A stretch of 64,000 nucleotides of DNA from an uncultured Pelagibacteraceae bacterium. GTDB taxonomy: Bacteria; Pseudomonadota; Alphaproteobacteria; Pelagibacterales; Pelagibacteraceae. A program made the translations under genes and the position numbers. The notes below the pieces were generated by a model. It was not told the origin of the DNA and made no database searches. It was given only the letters and a program-made list of their open reading frames with translations. Position 1 is the stretch's first letter. Every line of letters begins with the position of its first letter. The stretch spans positions 6,507-70,506 of the forward strand of contig CACGTU010000005.1 in NCBI GenBank assembly GCA_902576045.1, given 5' to 3'. This document shows positions 9,809-19,617 of this stretch, piece by piece.

Positions 9809-10555
9809 CTAATTAGTTTGAAATAATTTTCCAAACCCCTCTACTGAATTATTTTTTTTGATTTGAACTAAGGTGTCCCAAATCAAAGCCTGGTTGCTTG
9901 ATAACACAGTAGTTTGTAAATTTTTTTCTAATTTATCGATTATTGGTAAAACAGGTAAGGCGGTACAAGACACAAATAATGCATCTGCTCCATTAAGATC
10001 TAATTTAGATAACACATCATAGAGATAATTTTGATCAACTTTGCCTATGTCGTAATCTGCTTCAATATCAAAATAAGAGTTTGAAGTAATTTCAAATCCT
10101 TCAGATTTAAAATATTCCACAACTTCATTGTTAAGTTTTTTGCTATAAGGTGTAAAAATACAAAGTTTTTTAATATTTAATTTTTGTAATGCTTTAATAG
10201 CTGCAGTACTAGGTGTTGTAACCTCAGCCATTGGTTTTGCAGCCTTTACCTTTTGCTTTATGGAATTATATCCTGCTGCAATAGTACCAGAAGTGCACCC
10301 ATAAACTACACAATCGATATCTTGTTCAGGTAAAATATCCTTTGTAACCTCGGTTACTTTATTAGACATTTTAATTAGATTTTCTTTTGTAAGTGGATTG
10401 TAACATTCAATACGATTAACAAAGAAATCAATTTCTCGATCTTTAATTACATTTATGAAATCTCTCTCAATCATAAAATCACTTGCGAGTGCAATTAGAC
10501 CAACTCTTGGGTTTGATTTGGTAATGTACTTTGGTTCTATTTTTGTTGAATTCAT
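9809..10555 (-). CDS. eutA: Asp/Glu racemase / maleate isomerase family, EutA-like
   Basis: Catalytic Cys pair in YGCTSGT and VSCTAL; SSNQA; VGLIALASD. Confidence 0.75.
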   Translation of the reverse strand: MNSTKIEPKYITKSNPRVGLIALASDFMIERDFINVIKDREIDFFVNRIECYNPLTKENLIKMSNKVTEVTKDILPEQDIDCVVYGCTSGTIAAGYNSIKQKVKAAKPMAEVTTPSTAAIKALQKLNIKKLCIFTPYSKKLNNEVVEYFKSEGFEITSNSYFDIEADYDIGKVDQNYLYDVLSKLDLNGADALFVSCTALPVLPIIDKLEKNLQTTVLSSNQALIWDTLVQIKKNNSVEGFGKLFQTN

Positions 10556-10613
10556 ATTTTAAAAGGTGAATATACCATAAGTTCTTTAATTATCATTAAT
10601 ATTAAAAAACTCT

Positions 10614-11474
10614 ATGAATTTAAAAGATACTCTAGTTGCATCTCTAGTACCAATTTTTTTAGGCTTTGGTTTTGTAATTGCTAAACCAGCATTTGAATCT
10701 TTTCCCCCAATATTATTAATGGGAATAAGATTTGTATTTGCAGCTTCGATTTTAATTTGGTGGTTTCCAATACCAAAAGGATATTTAAAAAAAATATTTA
10801 TAGCTTCTTTTATCGCTAATACTTTGCAATACAGTATCACTTATACTGGTCTTAATTATATTGATGCATCGGCTGCTGTGCTGTTGGTTCAAACAGAAGT
10901 CCCATTTGGTGTTATTTTTGCTTATTTTATGCTCAAAGAAAAACCAACTGTTAGAGCAATAGTTGGAATTGGAATTGCGTTTATTGGGGTTTACATTTTA
11001 ACAGAATCTCCAAATCTAGATGGAAAATATTTTGGTATAGGATTAACAATTTTAGGTTCAGCAATATGGGCACTGGGTCAAGTTATTGTCAAACCGTTAA
11101 GTAAAGAAATTAATCCATTAGCACTAGTAGCCTGGCTTGCATTATTTTCTGGCCCGACTTTAATTTTTTTATCAACAATAATTGAAGGGAACACTATCGA
11201 TCATTTAACAACAGCTAAATTTAATCATTGGATGATTGCCTTTTATATTGGTTTCATCATGCAACCAGTTACTTATGGTTGTTTCTATTACGTATTAAAA
11301 AATAATCCGTTGTACAAAGTTCTTCCAATTGTAACTATGGGTATTCCACCAACTGGTTTGCTTGCAGCAATTTTTCTACTTGGTGAAAAGCCAACAACAG
11401 AACTATTTATAGGCGGAACTGTAATAATTTTTGGAGTAATAATGATTTTATATAAAAAGAAAGGTGAGGTTTAA
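10614..11474 (+). CDS. DMT/EamA family transporter
   Basis: About 10 TM helices, duplicated EamA repeats ending LKEK and LGEK. Confidence 0.85.
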   Translation: MNLKDTLVASLVPIFLGFGFVIAKPAFESFPPILLMGIRFVFAASILIWWFPIPKGYLKKIFIASFIANTLQYSITYTGLNYIDASAAVLLVQTEVPFGVIFAYFMLKEKPTVRAIVGIGIAFIGVYILTESPNLDGKYFGIGLTILGSAIWALGQVIVKPLSKEINPLALVAWLALFSGPTLIFLSTIIEGNTIDHLTTAKFNHWMIAFYIGFIMQPVTYGCFYYVLKNNPLYKVLPIVTMGIPPTGLLAAIFLLGEKPTTELFIGGTVIIFGVIMILYKKKGEV

Positions 11475-11476
11475 TT

Positions 11477-12418
11477 ATGAAGGTAGGTTTTATTGGTTTA
11501 GGAAATGTTGGGGGGAAACTTGCTGGAAGTTTGTTAAGAAATAAATTCGATTTAACAGTTAGAGATTTAGATGAAAATTTAACAAAACCTTTTGTTGAGC
11601 AAGGAGCTAAATTTGCAAGTACAGCTAAAGAACTAGCAGAAAAAGTTGATTTAATTATAACTTGTTTGCCATCACCAGAAATATGCTCAGAAGTTATGGA
11701 AGGAAGTGATGGGATTTTAAATGGATTATCTGAAAATAAAATTTGGCTAGAAATGAGCACCACTGATGAGGCTGAAGTAAAAAGATTAGGACAAAAAGTA
11801 ATTGAGAAAAAGGCTATTCCTTTAGATGGTCCTGTCAGTGGTGGATGTCATAGAGCAGCAACTGGAAATATTGCAATATTTGTTGGGGGAGAAAGAGAAG
11901 CTTTTAATAAAATATTACCTGCCTTAACTGTAATGGGTATAAAAATTTTACATACCGGCGAACTTGGCAGTGCATCTGTTTTAAAAGTAATTACAAATTA
12001 TTTGGCATCTGTCCATTTGGTTGCGTTAGGCGAGGCATGGACTGTTGCTAAAAAATCAAATTTAGATTTAACAAAAGCATATAAAGGTATAGCTGTTTCA
12101 TCTGGCAATTCTTTTGTTCATGAAACTGAAAGCCAGGTAATTTTAAATGGCTCCTATAATATAAATTTTACAATGGATCTTGTTTTAAAAGATACAGGTT
12201 TATTTGATGAGTTAGCAAAAAAACTAAATGCTTCTTTAGAAATTTCTCCAAAGATAGTTGATATATTTAAAGATGGGCAAAAAAAATATGGCTCTAGAGC
12301 TTGGTCATCTATGATTGTGAAAAGAATGGAAGATATAAATCAAATAAACTTTAGAGCTGAGGGATTTCCAGAAGAATTGGTAGATAATGAGCCTGAGAAA
12401 AAAGGTCATGAAATATAA
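11477..12418 (+). CDS. NAD(P)-dependent oxidoreductase, 3-hydroxyisobutyrate dehydrogenase family
   Basis: GFIGLGNVG, EMSTT, DGPVSGG, catalytic Lys in LKVITN. Confidence 0.85.
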   Translation: MKVGFIGLGNVGGKLAGSLLRNKFDLTVRDLDENLTKPFVEQGAKFASTAKELAEKVDLIITCLPSPEICSEVMEGSDGILNGLSENKIWLEMSTTDEAEVKRLGQKVIEKKAIPLDGPVSGGCHRAATGNIAIFVGGEREAFNKILPALTVMGIKILHTGELGSASVLKVITNYLASVHLVALGEAWTVAKKSNLDLTKAYKGIAVSSGNSFVHETESQVILNGSYNINFTMDLVLKDTGLFDELAKKLNASLEISPKIVDIFKDGQKKYGSRAWSSMIVKRMEDINQINFRAEGFPEELVDNEPEKKGHEI

Positions 12419-12436
12419 ATTCTTTATGTCTGATTT

Positions 12437-13078
12437 ATGCATTTAATTCATAGAGGAATAGTCAGTAAAAAATATCACGAAAATCTTCTTAAATCTTTTG
12501 AGCAATCTTTTAAAAAGGGTTTTGGCATTGAAACAGACATTCATGCAACAAAAGATAATGAATTTATTTGTTTTCATGATTTTACTTTAACAAGGATATT
12601 TAAAAGAAAAGAAAGTGTAAAAAACTTAAGCTATTTAAAGATAAAAAATATTAGTGAAAAACAAAAAAAACCAGTTCCTCTTCTTAAGGAACTCTTAAAA
12701 AGCTCTAAAAATAGATACTTTTTATTTATTGAGATAAAGCCAACTTTTTCAATTAAGCAGTTAAAGAAACTATTAAATGAGACTAAAAAATATAAAAAAT
12801 GTGTATTTATTTCATTCAAACATAAAAATATTTTTAATATTTTAAAACTAAATAAAAAAACTAAAGTAGGTTTGTCATTTTCTCCACCAACTAGCGTTCG
12901 ATCGATAATTCAAAAATCAAAAAATAAAAAAATTGATTGTTTAATTTTAGATAAATTCTATTTGAAAAATAAAAAAATAAATGAAATCAAATTAAATAAA
13001 TATTTCTATACTGTGAGGAAACGTTCAGAATTTAAAAAGTACTCTAAAGAAAATAATCTTATATTTGAAAATATTTAA
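12437..13078 (+). CDS. Glycerophosphodiester phosphodiesterase family protein
   Basis: IHRG, ENL, IETDIH, FHD, IEIK. Confidence 0.8.
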   Translation: MHLIHRGIVSKKYHENLLKSFEQSFKKGFGIETDIHATKDNEFICFHDFTLTRIFKRKESVKNLSYLKIKNISEKQKKPVPLLKELLKSSKNRYFLFIEIKPTFSIKQLKKLLNETKKYKKCVFISFKHKNIFNILKLNKKTKVGLSFSPPTSVRSIIQKSKNKKIDCLILDKFYLKNKKINEIKLNKYFYTVRKRSEFKKYSKENNLIFENI

Positions 13079-14202
13079 TTTTGTTTAAGGTAATTTAATC
13101 GTCCAATAATTTCATCTCTATCCATATAATAACCTTGAAGATGTCTATGTCCTGAATTTGGATCAAATTCAGTTCTTCCATGAAGCAATCTTCTATTATT
13201 AAATGAAAAAATATCACCTGGTTCTAACCTAAAATTAATTTGAAATTTAGGATCATGCAATAAGTTGCCAAATCTGTGATGTGCTTTGTAAACAGAATCC
13301 ATTTGGTCTGGATGACAATCCAAAGCGTCTAACGTTGCAATGCTATATCTGATATCATTATAATCTCCATCTTTAGTAAGAGATATTGCAGTTCCATGAA
13401 CACTTCTAATTGCTTCTTGAGTATAATCTTTATCTCTAAATTTTAGAGGTGTATTAACCAAAATATCAAATACATCTTTTTCGTTATTTCTTAAATAATC
13501 TGCAACTGCAAAAGCATCTACAGCAGATGAGTCTCCGCCTTTTGCAGAATTAACCAAACAATGTAAAAATTGGTAACCTGGTGGATTTTCAAACCAAGGT
13601 AAATCCATATGATTTCTTAGAGCGTGCGCTGTGTAAGCTGAATTATTAGGTTTTGGAATATTGATAACCTCAAATGGAGTTTTAAAAAAAGTTTCTCTTG
13701 TATGACTAATTCTATTTAAAACCTTTAAACCTGAATTTTTTTCTACAGGTGCATTTTTAACTATTGCAATTCCAGTATAATGTAAAAGTTCTAACCATTT
13801 TATTAATCCAGCTTCTGAATTAATAATTTCATCATGCTCTATTTGAATTGTTTCTAAATTTTTTTCTAATGAGCTATCCCAAAGTTTGTAAGGTGAGATA
13901 TATTTTTTTTTGTTTTTGATTGTATAACAATTTTCTCTAAGCCATTTTGGATCATAGTAACTAGTATGATCGCCCTCGCTCCATTCAATTTCAAGTTTTC
14001 CATCCGAGCTTACATTATATTTTTTTGGATTAATATTTTGTGATACTTCAAGAATGTTGAACATTCTATGTCTTGAATCTTTATCGTGTGCAGTAGGACA
14101 GTTATCTCTTAACCATAAATAATTAAATTTACTTTCCTCACCATCACTCCAAACTACTTTCAAATAAGTTGAGTTTTTTTCTAATTTAGAAATTGACTGC
14201 AT
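13075..14202 (-). CDS. Gamma-butyrobetaine dioxygenase family Fe(II)/2OG enzyme
   Basis: N-terminal WLRDNC domain, AYT..LRNHMDLP, QFLHCL, NRRLLHGR, RHLQGYY. Confidence 0.85.
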   Translation of the reverse strand: MQSISKLEKNSTYLKVVWSDGEESKFNYLWLRDNCPTAHDKDSRHRMFNILEVSQNINPKKYNVSSDGKLEIEWSEGDHTSYYDPKWLRENCYTIKNKKKYISPYKLWDSSLEKNLETIQIEHDEIINSEAGLIKWLELLHYTGIAIVKNAPVEKNSGLKVLNRISHTRETFFKTPFEVINIPKPNNSAYTAHALRNHMDLPWFENPPGYQFLHCLVNSAKGGDSSAVDAFAVADYLRNNEKDVFDILVNTPLKFRDKDYTQEAIRSVHGTAISLTKDGDYNDIRYSIATLDALDCHPDQMDSVYKAHHRFGNLLHDPKFQINFRLEPGDIFSFNNRRLLHGRTEFDPNSGHRHLQGYYMDRDEIIGRLNYLKQN

Positions 14203-14381
14203 AGACCAATATTTAACTAAACTTATAATGTTTTCAATTCAATTAATAGTTGTAATTTAATTTTTGAATTTTTTTACAAAATTTTGGAAAAAGATTAATT
14301 AATTATGCTGAATAAAAGTCTATCTAAATACGAAGAAACTTTACAAAGGAGATCTCCAACTGTTAGAAATGTCGAAAAATA

Positions 14382-15407
14382 ATGTCAAAAATAGAAATTA
14401 ATAACGTTTATAAAATATTTGGTCCAAAACCTAATCAAGTCTTGGAAATGGTTAAAGGTGGCTCAGGTAAAGATGAAATTCTAGAAAAAACAGGACATAC
14501 AGTTGGCTTAGATAATGTTTCATTAAAAATTGAGGAAGGTGAAACCTTTGTTTGTATGGGATTATCGGGTTCAGGAAAATCAACTCTTATAAGACATTTA
14601 AATAGACTAATCGATCCTACCGATGGTGAAATATTAGTTGAGGGCACAAATGTTATGAGCCTTAATAAAGAAAAATTAATTGAATTTAGAAGACACAAAA
14701 TGAGTATGGTGTTTCAAAGATTTGGATTGTTCCCACATAAAACTGTTTTGCAAAATGTTGGCTATGGACTTGAAATGCAAGGCATTGATCCTGAAAAAAG
14801 AAATTCTGTTGCAATGGAAAAAATAGAAGCTGTAGGCTTGAGTGGATTTGAAAACCAATATCCAAATCAATTATCAGGTGGTATGCAACAACGAGTTGGT
14901 TTAGCGCGAGCTTTAGCAACTGATACAGACATCATGCTAATGGATGAAGCATTTTCTGCATTAGATCCATTAATTCGAAGTGATATGCAAAAACAATTAT
15001 TAGATCTTCAAGCTCAATTGAAAAAAACAATAGTTTTTATTACTCACGATTTAGATGAATCATTGAGATTAGGAGATCATATTGGTATTTTAAATGCTGG
15101 AAAACTTGTTCAAGTAGGAACTCCTGTTGAAATTGTAATGAACCCAGCTGATGATTATGTTGAAGCATTTGTTAAAGATGTAAATAGAGCAAAAGTTCTT
15201 AAAGCAAAAATAATTATGAAAAATGCTAATGAAGTTAATGGAATTGATAAAAATAATCTTATTAAGGTCGGTGAAGATCAATTTATTGAGGAGTTTTTAC
15301 CTCAAGTAGTTTGTACCAATGCAAATTGTGAAGTAGTAGATAAACAAGGAAATATTAAAGGATATATAACAAATAAAGAATTGCAAAAATCTTTAACTAG
15401 ATCATAA
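14382..15407 (+). CDS. proV: Glycine betaine/proline ABC transporter ATPase (ProV/OpuAA)
   Basis: GLSGSGKS, LNRLIDPT, LSGGMQQRVGLARAL, MDEAFSALDPLIR. Confidence 0.9.
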   Translation: MSKIEINNVYKIFGPKPNQVLEMVKGGSGKDEILEKTGHTVGLDNVSLKIEEGETFVCMGLSGSGKSTLIRHLNRLIDPTDGEILVEGTNVMSLNKEKLIEFRRHKMSMVFQRFGLFPHKTVLQNVGYGLEMQGIDPEKRNSVAMEKIEAVGLSGFENQYPNQLSGGMQQRVGLARALATDTDIMLMDEAFSALDPLIRSDMQKQLLDLQAQLKKTIVFITHDLDESLRLGDHIGILNAGKLVQVGTPVEIVMNPADDYVEAFVKDVNRAKVLKAKIIMKNANEVNGIDKNNLIKVGEDQFIEEFLPQVVCTNANCEVVDKQGNIKGYITNKELQKSLTRS

Positions 15408-15416
15408 TATCCTTAT

Positions 15417-16268
15417 ATGTCTAAAAATTTAAAAGACATTATTGATTTAAATAAGTACCCTATCCACGATTTAAATTCTCCAAAAATTAAAAGTATTATA
15501 GAAAAATGTAAAAGTGATTTAGAGCAAGATAGTTGCTCTACTCTACCTGACTTTATTTTACCTGACTCATTAAAAATAATGAATAATGAATTAGAGCAAC
15601 AGTTAAATGAAGTTTATATGTCTAAAGAAAGTATCAATGCTTATCTTTATGCAAAAGATGATCTGTCTTTACCAAAAGATCATCCAAAAAGAACTTTTAT
15701 GAATAGATATAACGGATATTTAAACTCTGACTGTTTTTCAGAAAATTCTGAGATGAAATTTTTATATGAAACCGAAGAATTATTAAATTTTGTATCCGCT
15801 TGTTTAGGCGTTTCACCTATTTATAGATGGGCAGATCCTTTAGCATGTCATGCTTACAATGTGATGAAACCCGAAGGTATTTTGCCTTGGCACTTTGATA
15901 GTTGTGAATTTACTTTAAGTTTAATGATACAAAAAGCTGAGAAAGGTGGCATATTTGAATACTGTCCAAATATAAGAGAACCTGGAAATGAAAATTTTGA
16001 AGAAGTTAAAAAAGTATTAAATGGAGATCGCACAAGAGTGAAACAGCTTAAGCTTGAGCCTGGTGATTTACAAATTTTTAAAGGCAGATTTACATTGCAT
16101 AGAGTGACCAAAATTGAGGGAAATTCATCGAGATATATGTGTATTCCTGCTTATGTTTTGGACCCCCACAGAGTAAATACACCTGAACATTCAAAAGCAA
16201 TTTATGGAAAAGCACTTCCAATACATTATGAGAGAAACACAGCAAGATCAGATGGTCTTGCAGATTAA
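15417..16268 (+). CDS. Fe(II)/2OG dioxygenase, BesD/HalD-like hydroxylase branch
   Basis: WHFD (HxD), GGIFEYCPNIR, LEPGDLQIFKGRFTLHRVT, downstream Arg. Confidence 0.7.
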   Translation: MSKNLKDIIDLNKYPIHDLNSPKIKSIIEKCKSDLEQDSCSTLPDFILPDSLKIMNNELEQQLNEVYMSKESINAYLYAKDDLSLPKDHPKRTFMNRYNGYLNSDCFSENSEMKFLYETEELLNFVSACLGVSPIYRWADPLACHAYNVMKPEGILPWHFDSCEFTLSLMIQKAEKGGIFEYCPNIREPGNENFEEVKKVLNGDRTRVKQLKLEPGDLQIFKGRFTLHRVTKIEGNSSRYMCIPAYVLDPHRVNTPEHSKAIYGKALPIHYERNTARSDGLAD

Positions 16269-17488
16269 TGTCTCAAATAAATAGCCTATCAGATATTACT
16301 AATAATGGTTTATGCATTGGCTGTGGAATATGTCAAAGCCTTGTTGGAACAGATAAAATTTCTATCTCCATGTCTGAAAAAGGAAGACTAGAGCCAAAGG
16401 CAATCAAACCCTTATCTAACTTAGAATTTGAAAAAATAAAAAAAACATGTCCAGGAGTTATTGTTGAAGGGTTGCCACAAACAGAAGTAAATAATAATTC
16501 AAAGCATGATTTAATCTGGGGGTATTACAATTCTTTATTTTATGCTTGGTCTACTGATAAAGATATCCGGTTTCAAAGCTCCACTGGAGGTTTATTGAAT
16601 GGTTTATCTTTATATTTATTAGAGACAAATAAGGTTGATTTTGTACTTCACACCGCTGGGGATCCTGATAACCCAATGAGAAGTCTTCCTAAGTTTAGTT
16701 ATACCAAAAAAGATTTATTAAATTGTGAAAGTCGATCGAGATATGGGCCTGCTTCACCTTTAAGTAAATTTAATGAAGCTTTAGATACAAATAAGAAATT
16801 TGTATTTGTTGGAAAGCCATGTGATATCTCTGCTATAAGACAACTCTCTAAAATAGATGAAAGAGTAAATAAACAATGTCTGTATTTGTTAACACTCGTG
16901 TGTGGTGGATCAACCGAATTTACTAAATCTCAAGATTTTATAAACAGCTTTAAAGTTAAAGAAGAGGAATTAGATATATTTAGATATAGAGGATATGGAA
17001 ATCCTGGACTTATGTATATTAAAACAAAAGATGGTAGAGAACATGATAAAGAATATAATTCCTTTTGGGGAGATGAAAGCAATTGGAGAGTTCATTTTAG
17101 ATGTAAAATCTGTCCAGATGCAATAGGAGAATGTTCTGATTTAGCAGCTCTTGATACATGGCCAGGTGGATCGCCAGCTGGAGAAGATGAGGGCTTTAAT
17201 GCTGTAATTGCTAGAACAAAAAAAGGGATAAATTTATTAAATGATGCAATTAAAGCTGGCTATATTGAAAAAGGTGATGATTTAAACATTGATGATATTA
17301 ATGATTTTCAGCCTCACCAGCTAAATAAGAAGAAAGCTGTTTATGCAAGACATCTTGGATTAAAGAAAAATAACTTACCAACTCCCCAAACTCAAAGATT
17401 AAGAATAAAAGAAATATATGATAATAATGATAAAAAATTTAACAGTATTGAAGAAGAAGGCATAACTAGCAGAGTTGAGAAAATTTAA
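16268..17488 (+). CDS. FrhB/FdhB (F420 hydrogenase beta subunit-like) Fe-S flavoprotein with ferredoxin N-terminus
   Basis: CIGCGIC...CP, STGG, SRY, VGKPCD, LVCGG, RCKICPD. Confidence 0.8.
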   Translation: MSQINSLSDITNNGLCIGCGICQSLVGTDKISISMSEKGRLEPKAIKPLSNLEFEKIKKTCPGVIVEGLPQTEVNNNSKHDLIWGYYNSLFYAWSTDKDIRFQSSTGGLLNGLSLYLLETNKVDFVLHTAGDPDNPMRSLPKFSYTKKDLLNCESRSRYGPASPLSKFNEALDTNKKFVFVGKPCDISAIRQLSKIDERVNKQCLYLLTLVCGGSTEFTKSQDFINSFKVKEEELDIFRYRGYGNPGLMYIKTKDGREHDKEYNSFWGDESNWRVHFRCKICPDAIGECSDLAALDTWPGGSPAGEDEGFNAVIARTKKGINLLNDAIKAGYIEKGDDLNIDDINDFQPHQLNKKKAVYARHLGLKKNNLPTPQTQRLRIKEIYDNNDKKFNSIEEEGITSRVEKI

Positions 17489-18271
17489 ATGTCATCGTTA
17501 AAAAATAAAAAAGTAATTATTTCAGCAGGTGCCTCAGGTATAGGTTGGGCAACTGCAAAAGTATGCTTAGAAAAAGGTGCTATAGTTTTTATTTGTGACA
17601 TTGATAAAAAATATTTATCAAAAGCAAAAAAACATAAACAAAATAATAAAAAACTTTTTGTGTATGAGTGTGATGCCTCAAATGAAAAAGAAGTAAAAGA
17701 TTTATTTTTAAAAATAAATAAAAAAACAAAAAAGATTGATTGTTTAATTAATAATGTAGGCATTGCTGGACCTACAGGTACAATTGAAAAACTATCATCA
17801 AATGATTGGGAAAGAACTTTAAAAGTAAATGTGATAAGTCATTTTTATTTCACTAAGCTTTCAATCCCAATGCTTAAGAAAAATAAAGGTGGCTCCATAA
17901 TAAATTTATCTTCTGGGGCTGGAATTATGGGATTTCCGCTAAGATCACCTTATGCAGCAAGTAAGTGGGCTATTGTAGGAATAACTAAAACATTAGCTAT
18001 GGAACTAGGTAAGTTTAAAATAAGAGTGAATGCTATCTGCCCAGGTACAATTAAGGGTGATCGAATGGTTAGAGTTATTAGAGATAAGTCTAAATTTTTA
18101 AAAATTTCAAAAAAGAAAATCGAAAAAGAATTCATCTCTATGGCATCCATGAATTGCTGGATTTACGAGGAAGATATTGGAAAAACTTGTAGTTTTCTAA
18201 TGTCTGATGATGCTGCAAGGTTATCTGGTCAAATAATTGCAGTAGATGGAAACGCAATAAGGCTAGATTAA
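17489..18271 (+). CDS. Short-chain dehydrogenase/reductase
   Basis: SAGASGIG, NNVGI, YAASK, NAICPG. Confidence 0.9.
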   Translation: MSSLKNKKVIISAGASGIGWATAKVCLEKGAIVFICDIDKKYLSKAKKHKQNNKKLFVYECDASNEKEVKDLFLKINKKTKKIDCLINNVGIAGPTGTIEKLSSNDWERTLKVNVISHFYFTKLSIPMLKKNKGGSIINLSSGAGIMGFPLRSPYAASKWAIVGITKTLAMELGKFKIRVNAICPGTIKGDRMVRVIRDKSKFLKISKKKIEKEFISMASMNCWIYEEDIGKTCSFLMSDDAARLSGQIIAVDGNAIRLD

Positions 18272-18675
18272 GTTTTTAATTCTCTTTCACTTATTTCCAT
18301 AAATGGAAAATGTGAATCTTCATAAAAAATATTATATGCAGACTTTAGTATACTAACATCATCTAACATACCTGCGTATAAATAGAATTTATCCCACTTA
18401 GATACATAAGTTAAAATAGGTGCTGCACATTTTTTACAAAAAAACTTTTTAATTTTATTACCACTTCCACCACTGTGTTCATAAGTTCCAAGTTTACTTT
18501 TATCAATATCAACAGCATTTTCTCTCAACTGAATAATTGAGATAATTCCTCCAATTTTTTTTCTACAGTCTATACAATGACAATTAAAAACTCTTGGTTT
18601 TTCATCTAATAAAACATTGAATTTGTGTTCACCACAAAAACATCCAGCAGTTTTATTAATCATTTTTTTTTCCAT
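18268..18675 (-). CDS. GFA/CENP-V family Zn-binding protein
   Basis: GCFCG, CHCIDCRK, FCKKC. Confidence 0.85.
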   Translation of the reverse strand: MEKKMINKTAGCFCGEHKFNVLLDEKPRVFNCHCIDCRKKIGGIISIIQLRENAVDIDKSKLGTYEHSGGSGNKIKKFFCKKCAAPILTYVSKWDKFYLYAGMLDDVSILKSAYNIFYEDSHFPFMEISERELKT

Positions 18676-19617
18676 TTATCTTAATTTTTTTTCGTATTTT
18701 TTTCTCATCATTTGTAGCTCAACCAAATATTCGTCTCTAATATTTGAAATCATTGAAACAGATTTTCCCTTTGATTGATTTTTTGTTCCACTAATTATTC
18801 TTGAAGATAAATTTTTAGTTAGTTTAGGAGCTTTTAGTTTAGTCCATGGAAGTTTAAGAGCTGGACCAAATTGTTCGAGCATATGTTTCATTCCAGACTT
18901 TCCTCCTGCTAAGTGAAAAGTTAAAAAGGTACCCATTAATGACCATCTTAATCCTGGTCCATCTTCAATAGCTCTATCTAAATCTTCAGTGGTAGCATAT
19001 CCTTCATTAATTATATGAAGCCCCTCTCTCCACAAAGCTTCCTGCAACCTATCAGATAGATACCCTGGTAATTCTTTTTTTACCATTATCGGGTTCATTG
19101 AAATTGATTTATAAAATTTTTTAGCTTGATTGAGATATTTGGTAGTTGTTTTTTTTCCTGGTACAATTTCAACTGCAGGCAAAAGATAAACGGGATTAAA
19201 AGGATGTCCTATAAGTGATCTTTGAGGATTTTTACATTTTGAATAAATTCTAGTAGGCAAAAGTCCAGATGAACTTGAAGATATAATCGCATTTGGTTTT
19301 GCATAATTTCCAATTGTGCTCATTAATTTTGTTTTAAGAGCATAATTTTCAGTTGCACATTCTTGAATAAAATCAGCATCCTTTAAAGTTTTCTTTAAGG
19401 AAGTAAAATAATAAAAATTTTTTAAATTAAGTTTATTTTTTTTAAATAGTTTTTTTACAAATGGCCAAGTTCTCTTAATTTCTTTAATTAAACTATTTTT
19501 AAGTTTTGGATCTTTATCAAATGCATAAACAATTTTATTATGAGCAAGGCATCTAATGATCCAACCCGCTCCAATTACTCCAGTTCCTATAATTGCAACC
19601 TTTTTAATTGAAGGCAT
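18676..19617 (-). CDS. cdhA: L-carnitine dehydrogenase
   Basis: GTGVIGAGW, SSSSGL, GHPFNPVYLLP, DRLQEALWRE, GPGLRW, FGPALKLPWTKL; coupled to BKACE gene. Confidence 0.85.
   Translation of the reverse strand: MPSIKKVAIIGTGVIGAGWIIRCLAHNKIVYAFDKDPKLKNSLIKEIKRTWPFVKKLFKKNKLNLKNFYYFTSLKKTLKDADFIQECATENYALKTKLMSTIGNYAKPNAIISSSSSGLLPTRIYSKCKNPQRSLIGHPFNPVYLLPAVEIVPGKKTTTKYLNQAKKFYKSISMNPIMVKKELPGYLSDRLQEALWREGLHIINEGYATTEDLDRAIEDGPGLRWSLMGTFLTFHLAGGKSGMKHMLEQFGPALKLPWTKLKAPKLTKNLSSRIISGTKNQSKGKSVSMISNIRDEYLVELQMMRKKYEKKLR

Noticed and set aside
14348-14357. Perfect palindrome GGAGATCTCC upstream of proV
   Set aside because: Single 10-bp occurrence with no second copy seen; too weak to call an operator.
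15417-16268. BesD-type radical halogenase
   Set aside because: The metal motif is HxD (WHFD), not HxG/A, indicating a hydroxylase.
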